DNA of 63,628 nucleotides, counting the filler, from Octopus bimaculoides (taxonomy: Eukaryota), in the NCBI RefSeq assembly GCF_001194135.2. It is 6 parts of 6 records of this genome, joined end to end, with 100 filler letters (N's around TTAATTAATTAA, not from the genome) between each part and the next. Parts side by side here need not be neighbours in the genome. Positions count along the whole stretch, not along the records: positions 1 to 21,482 come from NC_069000.1; 5 more parts are not named here. One strand, 5' to 3'. The notes beneath the pieces are model-generated. The model did no database searches and was not told the origin of the DNA. It worked only from the letters and a program-made list of their open reading frames with translations. This document shows, in pieces, positions 1-12,400 of the stretch. How positions within the stretch are numbered: position 1 is the first letter of the stretch; each line of letters begins with the position of its first letter. A program made the translations under genes and the position numbers.

Positions 1-2107
1 TTAAGGTAGCAAGCTGGCAGAATCGTTATCACGCAGGGGTCAACTTTTCCTCAAACCAGGAAGAAATGCTTTGCGGCATTTCTTCCTGGTTTTTAGATTC
101 TGACTCCAAATGCTGGCGAGATTGATTTTGCCTTTCATCTTTCTGAGATCGATAAAATAAGTACCAGTTAAGAACTGAGGTCGATGTAATCAACTAACCC
201 ACTCCCCCCCCCAAAAAAAAATTCAGGCATCATGCTTAATAGTAGAAAAGATAATTATCATCGTCATGGTCATTGTCAATATTAGTTTAAACGTGTAATA
301 GAGTTGTTACAATCCTGTGTGTGTGTGTGTGTGCGTGCGTGCGTGTGTTTGTGTATTTAGAATGTAAGATGGTTGTGTATAATTTGACAGAGATTTGGCT
401 GCTATTACAAGCCAGACCCAGCGACCACTTGGGGGCTTTCTTCGTAACCTCTACCGAGAGCACGTTGAAGGGCGTGGCCGTTGGCTGAATGAGTGGCCAA
501 GTGAAACAAAGGGAGGTAATGCAGTTGCAGACTGACAATTAAGCCAAGAAGTTTACAGGTTTGCTTCGAAGATTTCGGATCGCCAAAAAACTTCCGAAAT
601 GGTCAATAATAGTTGTAATTACCACTGCTTCCATCATCAGCCAGATGTCCAAGCGGTAAAACAAAATGTTATGTGGCTTTGCACGTTTCCCTTTCCCAGT
701 AGACTTTTGGTTAATGCAACAAATGCAATCAGACTCACGTGAGAAAATGTAAACAAAGCAAAACAAAAAAACAGAGACCATAAAAAAACAAGAGCAATAA
801 CAAAAATATTCAGATATTATACATTCTAAACATTATCTATTATGTTGGCTGGCAACTGGCAAAAGATTGTCTTTCGTGGGTTAATTTATACACGGACAGA
901 GCATCATGTCCCTCTCTTTATATTTCACAGTTCGTCTGTATTTAAGTAGGAGGGTCGTCATGTTAGTTTAATACATAAGTTACTCAGCTAAAATTTATGT
1001 AATTTTCCCCCCCATTTTCAACGCCTCCCTCCACCCTCAACCTGTTATAAATAGCTCGTAACACGATTGTTTATGTCTCGCTTGCGCTTTTGCCTATTTA
1101 GTTCTAGGGTCGGCCCTAATCTGACAGCCATATGATACCAGGTATTTTCAGTCGTGACGAACCCAGTTGTTTCAAAAACACGGCTGGATGTGATTCTAGG
1201 GGAATTCGGCCGCTGTTACCAAGCGATCTAACCTCTACATTTGATCGATCTTGATCTAGCAGACTTATGATAAAAGGCAATGTAACCTTCATTACATAGT
1301 ATATTTACGATTATATTATCCAGTGCGTACGTCCTTTCTTTCCATTTTNNNNNNNNNNNNNNNNNNNNNNNNNNNNNNNNNNNNNNNNNNNNNNNNNNNN
1401 NNNNNNNNNNNNNNNNNNNNNNNNNNNNNNNNNNNNNNNNNNNNNNNNNNNNNNNNNNNNNNNNNNNNNNNNNNNNNNNNNNNNNNNNNNNNNNNNNNNN
1501 NNNNNNNNNNNNNNNNNNNNNNNNNNNNNNNNNNNNNNNNNNNNNNNNNNNNNNNNNNNNNNNNNNNNNNNNNNNNNNNNNNNNNNNNNNNNNNNNNNNN
1601 NNNNNNNNNNNNNNNNNNNNNNNNNNNNNNNNNNNNNNNNNNNNNNNNNNNNNNNNNNNNNNNNNNNNNNNNNNNNNNNNNNNNNNNNNNNNNNNNNNNN
1701 NNNNNNNNNNNNNNNNNNNNNNNNNNNNNNNNNNNNNNNNNNNNNNNNNNNNNNNNNNNNNNNNNNNNNNNNNNNNNNNNNNNNNNNNNNNNNNNNNNNN
1801 NNNNNNNNNNNNNNNNNNNNNNNNNNNNNNNNNNNNNNNNNNNNNNNNNNNNNNNNNNNNNNNNNNNNNNNNNNNNNNNNNNNNNNNNNNNCATATATTT
1901 GTTTTTCTGAGACCTTTGAGAAAAACATGAATGGGCATGTCATTTTGTTACCCATTCCGAACATATTTTGACTTTTTCATTTGTATTTAAAAAAAAAAAA
2001 AATGTCTTGGCACCAAATCGAATCTGCAATCCGTTTTCAATTTTCTCTTTATTCTGCAAATGACTTTTAGAAAAACATTAACCCACCAACAACCATTTAT
2101 TTCTCCC

Positions 2108-2144
<37 letters not shown>

Positions 2145-3001
2145 TGTCTGTGTTAGCTATATCCCAAAGATGGAGCCTTGTATCTTAGTTGGAAACTGGC
2201 TCCCTCCTCAGTGGAAGATTTATAATAATTAATAAATAGAAGAGACATACATACTTACAAAAAACAAAACATACAAGTCTGCATATGCACTGGCTCCAAG
2301 TACTGCACACATATACACAAATATGCACAAATACCCTGTTTATGTTGAAATTCCAATGAACGAACCTTGTCTCTTTTCTGGTGATAAATTACTAGTTTTG
2401 TCCATATTTAGATTGAATTTTAGGAATTTCATTAATTTCACTTATTTTTAATAATTGAGCCTGAAGGAAACAATAACACATTTAACACAGTCATTAAGTA
2501 ATGTTATCTCAACCGACAGGGCATAAGGTGTGTAAATGATCAAAATGAATTGCGATGTCAAAAAGTCGACACTAAAATGATTTTGACAACATTTCCAAAT
2601 AGGCTTGCCCTCAAGAAATATGATTACCTGCATATGAAACATGTCTTGGGTCATGCCTGGCTAATAAGGGCCGGTTTCCCAGTTTCATTGGTGTATAGAT
2701 TCCCCACTTATACAGGACGCCAGGCCATCACAGGTGAGCTGCTAGATGCAAAAGGAAAGAGTGAGAGAAAGTTGTGGTGAAAATGTCAGCAGAAGTTCGC
2801 CATTACTTTCAGCCAGAGCCGCGTGGAGTTTAGGTGTTTTGCTCATAAACGCACACATCACCCGATCTGAGATTGAAACCCATGATCCCTCGACCACGAG
2901 TCTGCTCTAACCATTAGGCCATGTGCTTCCACATATGAAAAATGTCTAAAGAGTGTTATTCCATATCAAATAAACCCTAAACTAATAGCGATGGGGTAGG
3001 T

Positions 3002-3462
3002 GGTGTGGGCAAAGAAGAATGTATTCCCCAGCATAGACTAGTCATTAGTGACTTTAGACTTCAGAACAAAAGGATGCCAAGAAGCAGGCCAATCAGGAAA
3101 AGAAAGATTTGGAAGCTTAAGGACCCTTCATATGGTCAGAGATTTAGGGATATCCTAATTGAGAAATTTGATGAGAGAGGAGGAAATACAGCCTTGTGAC
3201 ATAGAGGGCAACTGGGAATTCCTGCAGGACAGCTTGCTGAGTGCCACAGACCAAATCTGCTGGTGGTGCAAAGTGTCATCCAGACGTAGGGTGATGTGGT
3301 GGTGGAACAATGCTGTAGATAGGGCCATTAGAGCAAAGAAACAGGCCTGGAAGACCTGGAAGAGTGGGGGTAGCAGGGAACTGTATCAGATAGCCAGAAG
3401 AGAAGCTAGGAGACAGGTGTATTTAGACAAGGGAGAAGCAGGAAAAGAAGTTTTCCTATGTT
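3002..3462 (+). mobile_element. RTE-clade LINE ORF fragment (end of endonuclease and linker)
   Basis: EECIPQHRLVISDF, KIWKLKD, WWWNNAVDRAIRAKKQAWKTWK are typical of RTE ORF linkers; frameshifted. Confidence 0.85.
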
Positions 3463-4154
3463 CAGTGACGTGAATAACATACATTCATGCATGCATACAT
3501 ACATACATACAAACAAAAAAAGGAAGAAAGAAAAAAAAAAGAAAGAGTAAACACAAATGGTGTTTGAAATGTATAACACTTGTTTCAGTAGCTTTTAATT
3601 TAATGTATTCAAAAAAAATTACATCATACAACCGAAATAGCTGTCATAAATTTTAATACCATTTGTGTTTACCTTTTTATACCTGCACCACACTAAGGAC
3701 CCACCAGTGAGTTGGATCTATGGTTATGAATTGGATTTGGTATTTGCATATCTGCAGAATCCTGCCAACACTTGAAGTCTTCAATGTTGTTTCATTTCAG
3801 TGTGAGCACTATGTGGTCATGCCCAGCCATTTCTCATGTTTAAGAAGTTGATGTGAATTGATTCTTAATAATTTTTATAACTAAATTATATAAATATATA
3901 TATAATAAATATACATATGTGTGTATATATATATATATATAAGGTTAAGAAGGGTATTGGATTCAACCAAACCCAAAGATACAGGTAATACCGAGTAAGT
4001 GCTGTATACCGACTAGTTTGCCCCAGTCGTTGTATGAACAAGAGTGGGGATTATAACATAGGTCGTGTATTGGTGTGTGTATGTATAAAGAGAGAAAAGG
4101 ATAAAGAGAACAATGGCAAAGTTAGAAATATATTTTATGGATAAAGTCTTACAG

Positions 4155-4206
<52 letters not shown>

Positions 4207-5120
4207 GTGTGTGTGTGTGTGTAATAAATGTATGTGTGTGCATATATAAGAGTGTGTATATAAGAATCGATAAGTCAGAACAAATATGCACTTATATATT
4301 TGTCAATAGAATTGATATATTTATTCAAGTGTATTATATATCCATTACAGCTGATCTTATCAATTGGTCTTACATTAGGAGTTCAACAGGGTATTAGACA
4401 ATAGCTCAATTATGTAACTCTGTGCTCTTCAGAGATAGCAGTTGTGGAAGAATATATGGCAATTACTTTCAATCTGGTTTGTGGTTGCTGTGAAAAAGAC
4501 AATAAATAAAATCAAACAAGGGTTTAGTTAAGAGTTATGTCCCTTGATGCAAGAAAAAAAAACCCCTCCGGGGGGCTGCTGCAAAGCAACAAGAATTTTC
4601 TGGAAAAGTGTGTATGGGAAATGTGTGTTTTTAGTTTGGTATTCTTGTAGAGTTGGAATGTGTGCAATGGTACTATATGTATACCGTTTGGGGGAGAGAG
4701 GTGGACAAAGTTTGCAGAAGTACTTGTGTGTCCATTTGAGTGTTTTTTGTCAATGTTTTGGTTAAAATCTTTAGAGCATTTATGTAGGTATGGAGGGGTG
4801 GGAAAAAAGGGTCTATTGGGTGTGTGTCTGCTGTGTTAGGGAATGTATATTTCTGTGTGTGGTCAACTTCTTTGCCAGATTCCCAAGTATTGGTAATGGG
4901 AGAGCCAAAGTTTGGGAACTAACTTTAGCTGCCAGAAGAAAGATGTACAAGTTTGAGTGGGTTCATTTGAACTTAAAAGGACAGGGACCAGGCAAAGCAT
5001 TGTGGTCTTGATAAAAACACTTCATTCCATGTTGCTCCAGTCCACTTGGTTTTAAATGAGTAACACTGTGATGGATGGGCATCCAGTTCAGGGACAATGT
5101 TGTCATCTTGTTCACTTATA

Positions 5121-6028
5121 CAAGGGGGTAACCAAAAGAAACCGGAATTTTGCAATATTATTTTATTCATTTAGTTTTACATGTTTACACTTTTATCACC
5201 TTTAAATTATTCTCCATTTGAAGTAATTTATTGGTCCAGATGCGTTTTCTAATGTTGGAAGCAGTGCTGGAATTCTTGTGAAGTGATGCCTTTTAATGCC
5301 TCCATGGTTTTTTTTCTTAACCTCTTCCACATCTGCAAATTCTGTAGCACCAGCTATCGTCACCAGTGATGACCTCTAAATAAAAGGTCCAGATCGACTT
5401 CCAACTAGTTCTTTCAGTTCACGACATGCATTCAGTAGTGACTATTTTTGATATTCCATGAGCAAGCGAGGCACAAATTTTGTTGCAATTCTTTTCATTT
5501 GCAATTCCTCACTCAAAATTCATTGGCAGGAGTTCCAGGATGCACCAGTCATATCAACAAGTTCGTCAATTGTTCGTGATGGTCCCCCAAAACCAGTTCA
5601 TGAATTTTCGTGATGTTTTCATTCGTTTGAGAGGTCAACAGTTGTCCTGAATGAGGTTGGTCTTCAAGCGATAAGTGACCATTCTTAAAGCATGAAAACC
5701 ACTTGTAAACTTGTATTTTGCTCATAGTAGTAGCCTTGTAAGCTGTTTGAAGAATGACAACCGTTTTGGCTACCGTTTTCCCCAACAGAAAACAGAATTT
5801 CACAGAAGTACGCTGTTCCTTTGTTTCAGCCATTGCAAAAATCGATGAACAGAGGAGAAGCACTGCAAAGCAAAAATGCCTCACGTGGCAGTACAACTTC
5901 ACCTGACACTGCTGGTCAGCAGGCTGATACCTGAGGGTCGCATCAAGTGGCTTCTAGCAGTGGAAACCTGAACTACAATGGGCTTGTCCCACAGAGAACA
6001 TTTCCGGTTACTTTTGGGTACCCCCTCG
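5121..6028 (-). mobile_element. Internally deleted mariner element
   Basis: 27-bp TIRs caagggggtaaccaaaagaaaccggaa and ttccggttacttttgggtaccccctcg (3 mismatches), each flanked by TA. N-terminal EQRTSVKFCFLLGKT...VYKWFSCFKNG (ORF 5549..5902) and C-terminal FADVEEVKKKTMEALKGIT; the catalytic core is missing. Confidence 0.92.
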
Positions 6029-6262
6029 TACACCATGGAAATTGCGTAACCATTCCTGTGAGCCCTAAGACTCAAGACAGTAATGTCTAGGGATTGGTGA
6101 TGATAATGACAACGATGATGATTGGCTCTAGTGCCTTTATGTATTTGAATCAGCAAAAGGATATTGTTTTTTTTTTAATCAGCAGAAGTAATTTGTTGTT
6201 TTTTTTGTCATTTGTTTCGCTTTTATTGTTTTTGTTTTGTTTTTCGTTCTTTTCTTTTATAG

Positions 6263-6407
6263 CCGGTGACTGGCTCCAGGGTCCCCATCTCTATACCCTT
6301 TATAACTCTTACAATTTCTCAAAACACCAAATTGAACTCCTGTTTGTAGTGGGATTCAGTTCAGCTTTGATATTTGGGACTACAATTGGATCTTTTGCAG
6401 ATAAGCT
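6263..6407 (+). CDS. MFSD5: MFSD5-like exon ([48 protein letters not shown])
   Basis: Acceptor ttcttttatag, donor gtgagt; phase 1 to 2. Confidence 0.95.
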
Positions 6408-9400
6408 GTGAGTACCCAACTTTTACTATCATCATTAATGTTCCCATCATTGTTATTGTTTTTGTCATTGATTTTTGTTGTTTATCCCTAAGTCAGCCAT
6501 GACTGAGAAAAACTATGGTCAAAAGCATTCCGGCCTTGGTTGCAAATTAAGCTACTTAACCACTCAGCTTCACTTGTGCTTAAGATGGTATCCTTAAAAT
6601 GTCCATGTTCCCTACTATTCACCAAAACAAATCTTGACCCACCAATTCACAGTGGCACAGCTACAGTGTTTGCCACCCAGGGGTAACCCTTAAGTTTGCT
6701 ATCCCACCTTCCCTCCGGACTTCTGCCTATACAGGCTTAAAGAAGTTTTACTGGTTGCAACAACAAGGGCTCCTGTTGAATTGATCAATGGAACAGCCTG
6801 CTCACAAAATTAATACGCATGTGGCTGAGCACTTCACAGACACACGTATACTTATTGTAGTTCTGAGAGAGATTCAGCATGACACAGGATGTGGCAAGGC
6901 TAACCCTTCGGATTACAGATACAACTCATTTTTGCCTGCTCTTTGGACTGAAGCAACAAAAAAATCACTGCATGATTAATTAAAAACCATGTGAATAAAA
7001 ATGCATTACATTGGACAAAATAATCAATCAGATTTACTCCTCTTTTTGTTTTATATTGGTCTCTTTGGCTAAACTGCTAGGTCACTGGAGCATCACCGAA
7101 TCAACATCACTTGTCAAGCAGTCAACACAAAGACAAACACACACATGCATATATCTACCGACACACACAGGCATGCAGGCACATGCACCCACACAGACAG
7201 GCATGCACACACACACACACACACACCTTATATCTTGTACTTGTTTCAATCTATGGACAGTGGCTATGGTAGGGCACCACTTTGACAAGTTCAGTCAAAT
7301 TAACCTCAATACTTATTTTATCAGTCTCTTTTTGCCAAGCCACTAAGTTATGAAGACATCAGCAAATCAACATCAGTTGTTGAGCAGTAGGGTAACACAC
7401 ACACACACACACACATGTATATACAACAGGCTTCCACACAGTTTCCATACACCAAATTTACTGACAAAGTATTAGTCTGCTGGAAGAGGCCATAGTAGAA
7501 TATTTTTGCACAAGGTGCTCCACAGCGGAGCACCTTGTTACTGTATAACATTATTTAGTAAAGTGCAAAAATGGAATTTAATGCAGATCTCATCCTCATT
7601 GCCAAATAATGTTATAAAGTAAGACAAATAATATTGTACTCAGAATATAACTTTATAAAGCGAACAAACTAAATATTACCACAATTCGAAGCTGAAGTGT
7701 GAAGCAGTGAATTGTTACTTCAATTTTTCCATGATGCAGAATGAATCATTCGTACCACAGTGTGCTAAGGTGAGAAAAAGACTCAATCCACAACAATGAG
7801 TCAATGTATATCTATGTCACCTGGTAGAGTCCATGTGTTTTTTTCTGGATGACTCAACATATGCTTAAATAATCAATGACTGTGGGCATGAAAAACATCA
7901 CATGATGGAATCATGTCCATGGATTGGATAACAGCAAACAATGCTTTGTGTCAAGACAACTGGGGTTACCTCAGAACCCAAAACACCATGGTTACAAAAC
8001 AAACTTCATAACCACACAGCCATGCCTGCACCCACATCATATACAATAAATCCTTTATGACAAATTGGCTTAATAGTAGTTAATTTTGTTGACAAACAAC
8101 GGCACTAATTTTATTCAAGGGAAAAGATCCCATTACACCGCTAGAACAGGTTGTTTACATTCCACAGTAGTAATTGTTTTCACCTCAATAGACGTCAGTG
8201 ATTGCTTGAAATTACCGAAATACGACAATTTTAACACAAAATAACTTTAAAAAGTTAAAATTTTCTCAATAACACTAAAAGTAAAAGATGTTTTATATGA
8301 CACATTCTACCAGTGTCCCAAGTTTGAAAGTGTTTCGTTAAGAAAACAAGTGGCTCCCACCAAATCAGAAAGATCCCTGTTTTCTGACTGGACTAAAAAT
8401 TATCAAACTTTGAATCTTTGTAACATTTTACTAAATTTTTTCTGGGAATAAATGAATCCAAAATTTTATATACAATAAATCATATACAATAAATCCTTTA
8501 TGACAAATTGGCCTAATAGTAGTTAATTCAATAATTAATACATTCTTTATGTTTTATTTTATTTTTCCAGTGGCCGTAGATTGAATTGTGTACTGTATGG
8601 AATTTTCTACACCATTTGTTGTGTAACAAAAGTAAGTTTATGGAGGGCTGAAAGGTTGTTTTTTTTTATTCATTGATCCTCTTGACTAATTTACTTCTGC
8701 CTATTACCATCCTTCCATTGGTATCTTCTCAGTTGCTGTCACAGATTTCATATTTTCCCAATTTTGTTCCAAGTGTTTTCAAAGTTGGTTATATCAATTT
8801 ATGCTAATTATAAAAATGAAATTCATTTATTGGCATAAATTAATAGATTAAAAGTTAATAGCTCTTAAAGTTTGCAAATTTTGGATAATTTTAGCCAATC
8901 AAATGCCACCTTATACGCATGACCATGAGTTTCACATTGATGTTTGTTTCCATAGTAACAAGTAAAGCTGTAGTCTGCCCCATTATAACAAGGATGTTGT
9001 ACTTGTATGACTGTGACACTTACACCATCACAACCACCACCATAAATTTCATCAAGTGATAATTTATGTCACCTGTGTTATTTCTCACTGTCATTTTGTG
9101 ACCAGACAGCTATCACGCAGAAAATGCCAGCTTCTGATTCCTGTTTTCTGATTGGACTAAAAATGATCAAACTTTGAATCTTTGTAACATTTTACTAAAT
9201 TTTTTCTGGGAATAAATGAATCCAAAATTTGGATACAGTGTGAAAAATTACATCAATATACCAAATATGAAAATTTTCTCTTACCATAAAAACCCATGTA
9301 ATTTAGACATTTTTTTCTCAAAAATAAAAATAAACTTTAGGGGTGCATAAATTACATAAGTAGATCGTTTCCAGAATCTTTTTAGAAATTTGTTTTGTTG

Positions 9401-12400
9401 AAAAAAGACAAACAAAACATAAACATTTGTACCAGAAGTTGACTCATTTAATGTCAGAATAGATTTTTACAGAAAAAATAAGTGCTTAAATATGCACAAT
9501 GAAGTTGACTTTTATTTATGCTGGACGGTATAATACTTTTTCTGCATAAATTCACTAAACTTAATTTGCAATATCTGTGCATAATTATCAGCTTTGCTTT
9601 TGTTGATAATTCTTATCAACAACTTTTCCTGTGATTGTGATTTGAGAAGACATACAGCAGTATGCTAAAGATTGGACATAATCTCTTGTAAGCAAGAAAT
9701 GTAGAGTAAAATTTATTATAAACAACACAAACACTTTGTAATTTAATAGCTTTCAATGTAACACCTGTTAAACAAATTATTTCTATTTAATGAAAATTTA
9801 ATAAAATCTAATCATGAGTAAGTGAAACTATGCTAAATACAACTAAATCGAAGACCTTTTCCCCTGGCCATATCAACAATTCTGAAAGTTTTGGGGTGTG
9901 AATTTTACATGAGTAGAAGATTTTTTTAAACAAATTTTATCCTGAAAATCACCTGTGTATATTACATGGGTTTTTAATGGTAATTTTAAAATTTCCAAAT
10001 ATGTAATAGCACCTGAAAAGATTATTCTGTAGAAATGCACTGCCTTTTTAGTAATTTAATTTTGAAAATAATAAAGAATTCAGTGAAATAACTTTATCAT
10101 TATGAAGATAATGTAGGCAACAAGCTGGCAGAATCGTTAGTGTGCCGGGCGAAATGCTTAACGGCATTCGTCTGCCGTTACATTCTGAGTTCAAATCCCG
10201 CCAAGGTCTACTTTGCCTTTCATCCTTTTGGGGTCAATAAATTAAACACCAGTTATGCACTGGGGTCGATGTAATCGTTTAATCCCTTTGTCTGTCCTTG
10301 TTTGTCCCCTCTATGTTTAGCCCCTTGTAGGTAATAAAGAAATAAGAATCGTTAAGCATGCTGAACAAAATGTTGAGCATCATTTCATTTATTTTTATAT
10401 TTTGGGTTCAATTTCCACTGAGATTGACTTTGCCCTTCATCCTTTTGGGGTCAATAAAATAAGAAACAGTTGAGCAGTGAGGTCAATACAATCGACTAGC
10501 TCCCTCCTCCAAAATTTCAGGTCTTGTGCCTGTAGTAGAAAGGATCATTATTATTATTATTATTTGATGAAAACTCACAGTTTATTTTGCTGGCTATGAT
10601 GGAAAGTGTCAGCTGTCTACAACCAACAGACTAAGGTGACACTTGTTTACTGATCATGCTTCAAGAACCCTGCGAAGAATTATTGCACTTCTGAGCAATG
10701 CTGATTTTTGTAGGTGTTCTACCTTCACACTTGCACCAATCTTTTTCAGCCATGTTGGTAGTTGAGTGCTGAAACTTCCAAGTTTCTCTGGTGACAGCAA
10801 TGATAAATCATATTTCTTGTTGATGGATACTGTGGGTTGTTGGAGGATATGCAGTTTTTCGTGGAAGTAGAGCTGGCAGTTGGGGGCGCCGGTTGAATAT
10901 GGTGGCACTTTGTCAACAATAGTCCACTTGATGCTGAGTTTTTCATCTCGGAGATCACGGAGTCTCCAGAGGAAACGAGACAAGGAAGTAGAGCAAAACT
11001 ATATGAGTGCATCTACGCAGCCACATATAGACCTATATACTTGCACATACCACCCCTTCCTACTTTCTCCCCAACAACCTGACTGACTTCTAGTCTATTT
11101 CCTGTCCTCCACTTGGCCAATTTCCTGTTCGCCATGCAGTATTTTCCAACTAACAGTTACCCATATACCAACATGAAACCATGACACCACGTGACCTTCC
11201 TCAACCAATCATAATCCACCTTACGGTAATAATCAACTTCTGTCGTTCAAATTCAAAATGGCTGATGACTAGCATTGCGCTTGAAACTCAAGAGTATTAA
11301 CGAATTTTAATCAAAATGTTTTGATCCATACATGTAACTCCCAAGAAATTGGTTGAGTGGTTTCTTTCGTTTGTCCACTCACTTGTGTGTGTGTACACAG
11401 ACACACATTAATATACATACACATATATATATATATCCTGAGCATCAAACTAATACACTTGCTTGTTGTTCATACACCTGTCTTCGTCTTTTGTTTTTCT
11501 ATAAATTTCAACTATATATATATATATAATACATGTATATATGTTAAAAAACAGACATATCATGCATTATATATGATGAAATATAAAAAAATTTTTTATA
11601 TATTTATGTGTTCGTTCATTTATTTCTAGTTGTTGTTATTGCTTAGCTCTTTATATTTCCAGCATTACAACAATTTTTTTGTCTTGGCTTGTGGCTGTAT
11701 TCTTGGAGGTGTTTCTACATCCATTCTCTTCAGTGCCTTTGAATCTTGGCTCATCCATGATTTCAACAGAGTAAGTATTCTACCACACTTTTACTGTCTC
11801 CCCTCCAAGTCTTTCCGCTTTCACAGTTTTAACAACCATCAAAGAAAGAAGCACTCCTCACAAACGCACATCCATGAGATGGTTGTGATCTGTAAACAGG
11901 TTTTGAGTAGGAACTGGAAAGGAAGTATGAAGAAGCAATGCGCATGTGCACACTGAATTCATAGGAATAAAAACACAGTTGCTCATTAGTAGCAGGGAAT
12001 ATTAATTTGATGAAATTGATAAAATACCAGTGTATTTATTGGATTAGCCATCATTGTCGTCTTGACTGTCATCATAGTTATCATCATCTGCACCATCACT
12101 ATCATCATTGTAATCATCATCACTATCATCATCATTACTATTATCAGTTTTATACCACTATCATCTTCAATATTTTCATCTTCCTAATTACTTCAACTCA
12201 TTCTTATAATGTGTGATAGCCATGTAACCCCTCTATAGCAAGACACCCATTCTTGTCTTTCTGCTATAGTGACCCTCAACCATTTTTTGCCTATGAACCC
12301 CTTTGATTTCTCTTTTATTCTACATGACTCTTATACCTATTCAATGTTTAAAAAATCATATTATATTTTTATAATTAAATATTATTAGGAATTGCATTAA

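Noticed and set aside
391-515. Plus-strand exon-like frame DLAAITSQTQRPLGGFLRNLYREHVEGRGRWLNEWPSETKG
   Set aside because: The acceptor is weak and it is not MFSD5 N-terminal sequence. W..EW....KG followed by a Cys/His-rich stretch looks more like a decayed LINE C-terminus.
738-810. Minus-strand hydrophobic frame with a gtgagt donor resembling the MFSD5 N-terminal helix
   Set aside because: Wrong strand, no in-frame ATG, and the hydrophobicity comes from a T-rich tract.
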